This document shows positions 34,226 to 40,618 of a stretch of 40,618 nt of DNA, piece by piece. Below the pieces are notes generated by a model. It did not search any database, was not told where the DNA came from, and saw only the letters and a list, made by a program, of their open reading frames with translations. The stretch is from Oscillospiraceae bacterium (GTDB lineage Bacteria; Bacillota; Clostridia; Oscillospirales; CAG-272). The DNA lies in assembly GCA_015065205.1 (NCBI GenBank), contig SVQS01000002.1, forward strand, positions 1-40,618. The letters run 5' to 3'. The position numbers were made by a program, and so were the translations under genes. Each line of letters begins with the position of its first letter. Position 1 is the stretch's first letter.

Positions 34226-35173
34226 TTAGTCTACTCGGCATCTATTTTTACGGGTATAAAAGGAAATGACGTTTTCCTTAATCTCCCCAAGCAAACGAAC
34301 ACGGGTTTCATATCCTCCCCAAGCCATATGCGGCGTGAGAAGAACATTTGGTAAATGCTTGATTTTATTGAACGGATGTTCTGCATCAAATGGCTCTTTA
34401 GAATAGACATCAACGCCCAAGGCGCCAATGCGCTCTTTCAAAATTGCATCGGCAAGTGCCGCCTCATCGGCAACGGCACCGCGCGCTACGTTGATAACCA
34501 CAGCATCTTTTTTTAACATTGCAATGTGTTCTTTATCAAGCAGATTTCTTGTTTCGTCATTGAGAGGTACGTGCAAAGATAAAATGTCGGATTTTTGACA
34601 GATGGTATTAAAATCAACACATTCTGTGTCCTCGATGGGTGTACGCTTATAGACCAATACACGGCATCCCATAGCTTCGGCAACACGCGCTACCTGTTTG
34701 CCGATATTGCCATAACCAACAATGCCCCAGGTTTTGCCGGCAATCTCATGATAAACAGGCGACAGACGATTTGCAAGCCCGTTTTGGGTATATTCACCAC
34801 TGCGAACAAACTCGGTGTATTCATTAAGGTGCGTGTAAAGCGAGAGCGCCATAGAAAGCGTCAGTTGTGCTACACTTTGTGTGGAATATCCAATCACATT
34901 ACATACACCAATACCTGCCTTGCGACAGTAATCAAGGTCAACGTTATCAAATCCGGTTGCAGCAAGGCAAATCAATTTCAGCTTGCTCGCCTTTGGCAGA
35001 TTTGAGGCATTTAACTTGAGCTTGTTAATAACCACAACATCTGCCCCTTGTATATGCTCTTCAAATTCTATCTCGCTCGTGGTAGGATAAACAACTATTT
35101 CTCCGATTTCTTCAAAGCTTTCATATGTCAAGTCGTCACCGATGGTGGCGGCATCCAAAAAAACGATCTTCAT
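34226..35173 (-). CDS. D-isomer-specific 2-hydroxyacid dehydrogenase (glycerate dehydrogenase/hydroxypyruvate reductase-like)
   Basis: GGGAGGG RBS. NAD site GIVGYGNIGKQVA. VINVARG and LTPHMAW catalytic-region motifs. Confidence 0.85.
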   Translation of the reverse strand: MKIVFLDAATIGDDLTYESFEEIGEIVVYPTTSEIEFEEHIQGADVVVINKLKLNASNLPKASKLKLICLAATGFDNVDLDYCRKAGIGVCNVIGYSTQSVAQLTLSMALSLYTHLNEYTEFVRSGEYTQNGLANRLSPVYHEIAGKTWGIVGYGNIGKQVARVAEAMGCRVLVYKRTPIEDTECVDFNTICQKSDILSLHVPLNDETRNLLDKEHIAMLKKDAVVINVARGAVADEAALADAILKERIGALGVDVYSKEPFDAEHPFNKIKHLPNVLLTPHMAWGGYETRVRLLGEIKENVISFYTRKNRCRVD

Positions 35174-35270
35174 TCTTGTCCCTCCCAATAATTATCATCT
35201 AATATTATACATAAAAAATGTAGATTCGTCAATAAAAATACTACATTTCATAATAATTTGCAAAAAAGAC

Positions 35271-35299
35271 TTGAAAAAAAGCACAATATCATATATAAT
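35271..35299 (+). promoter_or_regulatory. Sigma-A promoter for ireB-ribF
   Basis: TTGAAA (35271-35276), 17 nt spacer, TATAAT (35294-35299). Confidence 0.6.
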
Positions 35300-35341
35300 A
35301 TTAAGTGAGATGAGTTTTTTCAAAACAAGGAGGATGTTTTT

Positions 35342-35587
35342 ATGAATTCCGAAAAACAGGTCCCCGTCCTGGCGGATGAAGCTGTGGATTCGCGCGCTGT
35401 TCTCAAAGAGGTTTATGAAGCCTTGAGTGAGAAAGGTTACAATCCCATTGGACAGATTGTGGGATATCTGCTTTCCGAAGACCCCACCTATATCACCAAC
35501 ACAAACAATGCCCGCGCCCTAATTCGCAAGATTGACCGCGACGAATTGATGTGTGAATTGGTAAAATGCTACCTCGAATTGGATTGA
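35342..35587 (+). CDS. ireB: IreB-family regulatory phosphoprotein (UPF0297/YrzL)
   Basis: 81 aa. [50 protein letters not shown] is characteristic. Confidence 0.85.
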   Translation: MNSEKQVPVLADEAVDSRAVLKEVYEALSEKGYNPIGQIVGYLLSEDPTYITNTNNARALIRKIDRDELMCELVKCYLELD

Positions 35588-35589
35588 GT

Positions 35590-36522
35590 ATGCCCTCGGT
35601 CAGATATATCTCTCTTCAAACCGAAAAATCAAGTAAAATTTCCGAGGCGAACATTCTTTGCCTCGGAAATTTTGACGGAGTTCATTTTGCTCATCGTACA
35701 CTTTTACGCAAAGCAAAAGAATTACAAGCTCAAAAGATGCCAAACACACGTGTTGGTGTATTTTGTTTTGAAACACTCTCAACCGATTTTTTATCAAAAA
35801 ATCCCCCCAAGCATCTAACAACACTTGACCAAAAGCTGAAATACTTTGCCGATGAAGACATGGACTTTGCATACATTGCCGATTTTTCCTCTTTGCAAGG
35901 CCTTTCCCCAGAAGGATTTATAAAAGATGTTCTCATAGGTCAATGCGCCTGCAAAGCGGTTGTGTGCGGCTACAATTACCGTTTCGGCAAGGGCGGTGCG
36001 GGAACTTATCAGCTTATACAGGAATTGTTTCCATCCAACTGCGTAATTGTCGTTCCGCCTGTTTATAAGGATGGTGACACCGTCAGTTCTACGCGTATTC
36101 GAGAGTTTTTAAAGCGTGGAAAAGTCAAAGAAGCCAATGCCCTTTTGACAGTTCCCTTTTCGATCACCGCGCCCGTAGAACACGGCAAAGGCCTTGGGCG
36201 TCATCTCGGTGCCCCTACCTTCAATCAGACACCACCGACCGAAATCTTGATACCCGCGCGCGGCGTTTATCTGACTCGCTGTACCGTTGACAACAAAGAT
36301 TATTACGGATTGACCAATATCGGTACACATCCAACAGTTGATGTGGATGCTGCACTCAATTTAGAGACGCACTTGTTTGATTTTGAAGGAGAACTATATC
36401 AAAAAGACTTGCGCGTTGAGTTTTTGGATTATATTCGCCCCGAAGTATGCTTTGATAGCAAGGAAACTTTGCAAAAGCAGATACAACAAGATATCAAAAC
36501 CGTAAAAGAACGGCTACAATAA
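35590..36522 (+). CDS. ribF: Bifunctional riboflavin kinase / FMN adenylyltransferase
   Basis: GNFDGVHFAH nucleotidyltransferase motif. C-terminal kinase motifs GLGRHLGAPTFN and THLFDFEGELY. The start could alternatively be 35566. Confidence 0.85.
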   Translation: MPSVRYISLQTEKSSKISEANILCLGNFDGVHFAHRTLLRKAKELQAQKMPNTRVGVFCFETLSTDFLSKNPPKHLTTLDQKLKYFADEDMDFAYIADFSSLQGLSPEGFIKDVLIGQCACKAVVCGYNYRFGKGGAGTYQLIQELFPSNCVIVVPPVYKDGDTVSSTRIREFLKRGKVKEANALLTVPFSITAPVEHGKGLGRHLGAPTFNQTPPTEILIPARGVYLTRCTVDNKDYYGLTNIGTHPTVDVDAALNLETHLFDFEGELYQKDLRVEFLDYIRPEVCFDSKETLQKQIQQDIKTVKERLQ

Positions 36523-36541
36523 AAGAAAGGAGAAGAAGAAA

Positions 36542-37921
36542 ATGAACAAAAATGCCATCTTACGCATCGTTTGCTTGCTTTCATCTCTTCTCCTTTTGTT
36601 ATGCGCACTTCCCTTTTCATCATCCGCAGCAGAGATAACGCCACCATCTACGGAAGAAGCCACGGCAGTCTATTTGAAGCATTTGGAAAGTGACCTTTTG
36701 GTATGCTCAAAAAGTGAAAACTTTGTGCTTGGTGCAGGTTCTACCGTAAAGATCATGTCAGGACTTTTGTTTTGCGAAAGATTGAGTACACATACACAAG
36801 AGTCCATTGCCATCACCGAAGAGCTTTATGCGGCTGTTCCCAAAAACCACGGACGCAGTCTTAAGTTAGTAGTTGGTGAAGTTGTAACGATTGAACAACT
36901 CTTATGGGCTGCTATTTGCGGCAGTTATAATGATGCGTTTTATGTTTTGGCAACGCTTACATCCGGTTCGCTGGAAGCGTTTAAGGAAGAAATGAATGCA
37001 CGCGCCACGGATATGGGACTTGTAAATACCGTTTTTGAGGATGTTACAGGTATTATTGACGGTTCACGTACAACCGCTGCAGAAATGGCTCAAATTGCTC
37101 TTTTTGCCTATCAAAACCCATATTACATGGCAATTTGCAGTGAGAGGTCCTTTTATTTTTCATCTACCGAAAAATCTCAAACATTATATAACAATAACAA
37201 ATTGGTCTCTCCGGATCAAGATCAAAAATATTACAACAAAAAATGCTTTGGCATGAATGCCGGAAGCACAACCCGTGATGGTAACTGCGTTGTTACCATA
37301 GCGAAACAGAATGATCAAACCTACGTTTGCGTGGTGATGGGCGGCAAAGAAATCGATGGCATTGAGTTCGGTTATCGAGTTGCCAATCGTGTTGTGGATT
37401 GGGTGTTTAACGCTTATACATATATGCAAATTCTAACCCCCGACACCAAAATTTGCTCACTTGACGTTACCGTTTCAGATACCGCATCCTCCGTTGACGT
37501 TATTGTAAAGGATGAATTGTATGCATATCTTCCAAAAGGACTCGAAATCGGAAAAGACATCATTTACAGTATTCGCCTGACAGAAACAGAATTGGAAGCC
37601 CCCGTCGAAAAAGACCAATTCGTTGGGTATGTTGCGGTTTTGTATGATGGAAATGTACTCGGCTCTGCCTCATTATATACTGCCGGTGAAGCCTCGCGCA
37701 GTCCTATCGGAAGCGGTCTTGGTGCTATTCGCTCTTGGCTTGAAAACCGTGCCGTAATCGCCGGGATCGTTTTCTTTGTTGTCGGTACAGCGGCTTATAT
37801 CATTGTTGAATATATCTTGCAACGCAAGCGTCACAACCGTTGGAATCGTTATTTCAGCAATAAGGTCGAGCTCCCCGACTATATGAGAACACCATCAAAA
37901 CAAAAAAAGGATAAAAAGTAG
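36542..37921 (+). CDS. Serine-type D-Ala-D-Ala carboxypeptidase-like (PBP5/DacB family) protein with C-terminal TM anchor; KTG box degenerate
   Basis: Signal peptide. SxxK = STVK (GAGSTVKIMSG). SxN = SYN (GSYNDAF). The position of KTG reads NAG (GMNAGST, 37256-37264). C-terminal helix VIAGIVFFVVGTAAYIIVEYIL. Confidence 0.75.
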   Translation: MNKNAILRIVCLLSSLLLLLCALPFSSSAAEITPPSTEEATAVYLKHLESDLLVCSKSENFVLGAGSTVKIMSGLLFCERLSTHTQESIAITEELYAAVPKNHGRSLKLVVGEVVTIEQLLWAAICGSYNDAFYVLATLTSGSLEAFKEEMNARATDMGLVNTVFEDVTGIIDGSRTTAAEMAQIALFAYQNPYYMAICSERSFYFSSTEKSQTLYNNNKLVSPDQDQKYYNKKCFGMNAGSTTRDGNCVVTIAKQNDQTYVCVVMGGKEIDGIEFGYRVANRVVDWVFNAYTYMQILTPDTKICSLDVTVSDTASSVDVIVKDELYAYLPKGLEIGKDIIYSIRLTETELEAPVEKDQFVGYVAVLYDGNVLGSASLYTAGEASRSPIGSGLGAIRSWLENRAVIAGIVFFVVGTAAYIIVEYILQRKRHNRWNRYFSNKVELPDYMRTPSKQKKDKK

Positions 37922-37930
37922 GAGGGTTTT

Positions 37931-39046
37931 ATGCTGCCTGAATATATGCTTACCTACCCAACCGTTTTCGCAGTTGGAAGCAATTACAACATCTTTGTAC
38001 CTTTTGATGCCGAGGTCATTATGTGGGTAAAGATTGGGGACAAGGTATACTATGATGACTGCAATGGTATACTGCGTTCCAATACCAATATGCATAAGGT
38101 TGAGCTCCCTATGAGCGTGCTTGATGAAGCAGGCGAGTATACGGTAGTTTACAAAAAGATGATCGAACGCAAGCCTTACTTCCCTACCAGCGAGCCCGAA
38201 CGCAAACTGACGGTCTATTTCAAATCTGTTCCCGCTACGGGTGATATCAACATCTATCATATTGCAGATGCACACAACCTTGTAGCGGAACCGGTTGCGG
38301 CAGGACGTTTTTTGGGGGATAATCTCGATTTGCTCATCCTCAATGGGGATATTCCAAACCACAGTGGTGATATCAAGAATTTCAATGCAATATGTGAGAT
38401 TGCCTCGGGTATTACCAAAGGTCAGTGCCCGGTTGTCTTTGCACGCGGCAATCACGATACGCGCGGTATTCACGCCGAAGATATGCCAAATTACATCCCT
38501 ACAATGAATGGTAGAACCTATTACAGCTTCCGTGTAGGATGTGTTTGGGGACTTTTGCTTGATTGTGGCGAAGATAAGAGAGACACAAACAACGAATACG
38601 GTGGAACGATTTGTTTTCATTCATTCAGACTTCGTGAGGGGGAATATATTCAACAAATCATTGAGGATGCCGAGCGCGAATATGCCGCAGACGGCGTCAC
38701 TCACAAATTGGTAATTTCACATATTCCTTTTACACATATTAATGAGCCCCCTTTTGATATTGAACAAGAGCTCTATGCTGAGTGGACACGATTGATGCGC
38801 GAATACATCAAGCCAGACCTGCTTCTCTACGGGCACTATCATTGTGTGGAAATTGTAAAACCCGGTGACCGCTTTGATAGTCATGGACAACCTTGCAATG
38901 CAATTATCGGTTCAAAGCCCATCTTTGATAAAGAAAACGGAAACTCTTTTATCGGCTGTGCCCTAACCCTTATGGAAAACGGCAAAAAGCGAGTTGTTTT
39001 CAACGATGATAAAGGCGTTATTCATACCGACGAGATTATCGATTAA
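37931..39046 (+). CDS. Metallophosphoesterase (calcineurin-like)
   Basis: IADAHN, LNGDIPNH, ARGNHD and GHYHC motifs. Confidence 0.75.
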   Translation: MLPEYMLTYPTVFAVGSNYNIFVPFDAEVIMWVKIGDKVYYDDCNGILRSNTNMHKVELPMSVLDEAGEYTVVYKKMIERKPYFPTSEPERKLTVYFKSVPATGDINIYHIADAHNLVAEPVAAGRFLGDNLDLLILNGDIPNHSGDIKNFNAICEIASGITKGQCPVVFARGNHDTRGIHAEDMPNYIPTMNGRTYYSFRVGCVWGLLLDCGEDKRDTNNEYGGTICFHSFRLREGEYIQQIIEDAEREYAADGVTHKLVISHIPFTHINEPPFDIEQELYAEWTRLMREYIKPDLLLYGHYHCVEIVKPGDRFDSHGQPCNAIIGSKPIFDKENGNSFIGCALTLMENGKKRVVFNDDKGVIHTDEIID

Positions 39047-39072
39047 GAAGATATTTAAAGTGAGATATTATT

Positions 39073-39999
39073 ATGACCGAAACAACACGCGAAATATTTA
39101 AAAAGTATCAAGTAAGAAAGAATAAAAAGCAAAAAAGAGCGTTTATCGAATACGTAAATCACCTTGCAAGCAAATGGGGATATTCTGCTCGCGTTGAAAA
39201 AGGAATGTTTGGTGCACGAAACATTCTAATTGGCGATATTTCAAAAGCAAAGGTCATCTACACTGCACACTACGATACTTGCCCTGTTCTTCCCTTTCCA
39301 AACTTCATCACTCCCAAGTGCATTGCACTCTATCTTCTTTATCAGGTGGGTATCATATTTGGGATCTTCGCCGCAGTTGCTATCTGCATCGGCATTTTGG
39401 CGTTTCTTGCCGAAGCCTTGAATCTTGGTACAGATTTTACTTTCTGGATAACAGAGCTTGCCTATTTGGGATTACTTTTTCTCCTGCTTGCAGGGCCTGC
39501 CAACAAGCATACGGCAAACGATAATACCTCAGGCGTTACTCTTTTGATCGACATTATGCGCGACCTTCCCGAAGAAGAACGCGATGCAGTAGCGTTTGTA
39601 TTCTTTGATTTGGAAGAGATGGGACTTTTTGGTTCAATGTCTTTTGCGCGCAAGCATAAACGCGAAATAAAAGATAAATTACTTCTCAATTTCGACTGTG
39701 TTTCTGATGGCGAAAATATGCTGTTTGCACTCCGTAAAAAAGCCAAAAAATATCAAACCGCTATTGAGACTGCTTTTCAAGCAAAGGGCTGCTTTAAAGT
39801 GGACGTAGCGCACAAAGGTGTTTTTTATCCCTCCGATCAAATGCAATTTCCTTGCGGTGTCGGCGTTGCCGCGTTGCGCTCCACCAAAGGGGGATTGCTC
39901 TATATGAATCGCATTCACACGCGCCGCGATGTCATTTACTGCGAAGAAAATATCGATTTTTTGAAAATCGGTGCTCTTGAATTGCCAAAATTGATTTAA
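39073..39999 (+). CDS. M28-family zinc peptidase with membrane segments inserted in the catalytic domain
   Basis: Metal-ligand motifs AHYDT, NDNTSGV, FFDLEEMGLFGS. A hydrophobic insert of about 70 aa lies between the first two. Confidence 0.7.
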   Translation: MTETTREIFKKYQVRKNKKQKRAFIEYVNHLASKWGYSARVEKGMFGARNILIGDISKAKVIYTAHYDTCPVLPFPNFITPKCIALYLLYQVGIIFGIFAAVAICIGILAFLAEALNLGTDFTFWITELAYLGLLFLLLAGPANKHTANDNTSGVTLLIDIMRDLPEEERDAVAFVFFDLEEMGLFGSMSFARKHKREIKDKLLLNFDCVSDGENMLFALRKKAKKYQTAIETAFQAKGCFKVDVAHKGVFYPSDQMQFPCGVGVAALRSTKGGLLYMNRIHTRRDVIYCEENIDFLKIGALELPKLI

Positions 40000-40002
40000 C
40001 AT

Positions 40003-40040
40003 AAAAATCCGATACAGAATTTTATCTGTATCGGATTTTT
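40003..40040. terminator. Bidirectional terminator between the M28 peptidase gene and icd
   Basis: AAAATCCGATACAG-aattttat-CTGTATCGGATTTT. Confidence 0.85.
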
Positions 40041-40044
40041 AATA

Positions 40045-40618
40045 TCACAGTTTCTTTTCAAGATTTTTGCGAATCGCCTTGATAAAATCAATGGAATTGA
40101 CGACTTGCGTCTTTGTGCCCTCAACCACAAGACCCACAAGATCCTTTGTCATAATGCCTTGATTGAGTGTGTCTATACAAGCTTCTTCCAATTTATCGGC
40201 AAAGGCTACAAGTTCGGGTAGCTCGTCAAGCTCACCTCTCTTGCGAAGCGCACCTGTCCAAGCATAAATCGTTGCCATGGGGTTGGTAGAGGTATCCTCT
40301 CCTTTAAGATAGCGGTAATAGTGGCGAGTAACAGTGCCGTGTGCGGCTTCGTACTCGTATTTTCCGTCGGGAGATACGAGAACCGAGGTCATCATTGCAA
40401 GAGAACCAAACGCGGTGGAAACCATATCGCTCATTACGTCGCCATCGTAGTTTTTGCAAGCCCAAATAAAGCCACCCTCGCTGCGAATAACACGCGCTAC
40501 TGCATCATCAATGAGTGTATAGAAATATTCGATGCCTGCCGCTTCAAAGGCTTCCTTGTAATCGTTATCATAGATTTCTTGGAAAATGAGCTTAAAGGTT
40601 TGGTCGTATTGTTTAGAG
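40045..40618 (-). CDS. icd: NADP-dependent isocitrate dehydrogenase (eukaryotic-like subfamily II), C-terminal part; continues beyond the window
   Basis: The frame is open to the window edge. ...[15 protein letters not shown]...[11 protein letters not shown]...[13 protein letters not shown]... Confidence 0.85.
   Translation of the reverse strand, partial: SKQYDQTFKLIFQEIYDNDYKEAFEAAGIEYFYTLIDDAVARVIRSEGGFIWACKNYDGDVMSDMVSTAFGSLAMMTSVLVSPDGKYEYEAAHGTVTRHYYRYLKGEDTSTNPMATIYAWTGALRKRGELDELPELVAFADKLEEACIDTLNQGIMTKDLVGLVVEGTKTQVVNSIDFIKAIRKNLEKKL

Overview
The window looks like a low-GC, spore-forming Clostridia-type chromosome. I infer this from gene content: a yabM-like/yabO/yabP/yabQ/divIC block, a sigma-E-type promoter, a tRNA with encoded CCA, and TTGxxx-17-TATAAT promoters. 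About three quarters is ordinary housekeeping on the + strand. This includes a B12 riboswitch with a DUF4430 lipoprotein and ECF S-component, then pncB, cdaA, an FAD dehydrogenase, rseC-like, recJ, relA, dtd, hemZ, mtaD-like, a MOP flippase, yabO-yabP-yabQ-divIC and smpB. Later come ireB, ribF, a PBP5-like carboxypeptidase, a metallophosphoesterase, an M28 peptidase and a partial icd. Minus-strand blocks are rhaA plus a class II aldolase, potABCD, and a 2-hydroxyacid dehydrogenase. The accessory part is about 20.1-29.5 kb. (1) It holds a tandem array of three paralogous 670-700 aa secreted proteins with unassigned twin N-terminal modules, an SGNH hydrolase domain and a swappable C-terminal anchor. 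They have homologous promoter and terminator cassettes. Only the middle copy keeps the catalytic His, and two copies end in a conserved Cys-flanked amphipathic tail I cannot match to any named sorting signal. (2) tRNA-Arg(CCT) has its 3' half mirrored in a long palindrome, and a 47-bp tRNA-derived minihelix-like element is duplicated 178 bp apart. (3) A DivIVA-domain gene is paired with an XRE-HTH regulator carrying a long helical C-terminal domain, followed by about 0.5 kb of non-coding DNA containing a perfect 14-bp-arm palindrome. No CRISPR array, transposase, integrase or rRNA was seen. All family calls rest on motifs read by eye; no database search was possible.
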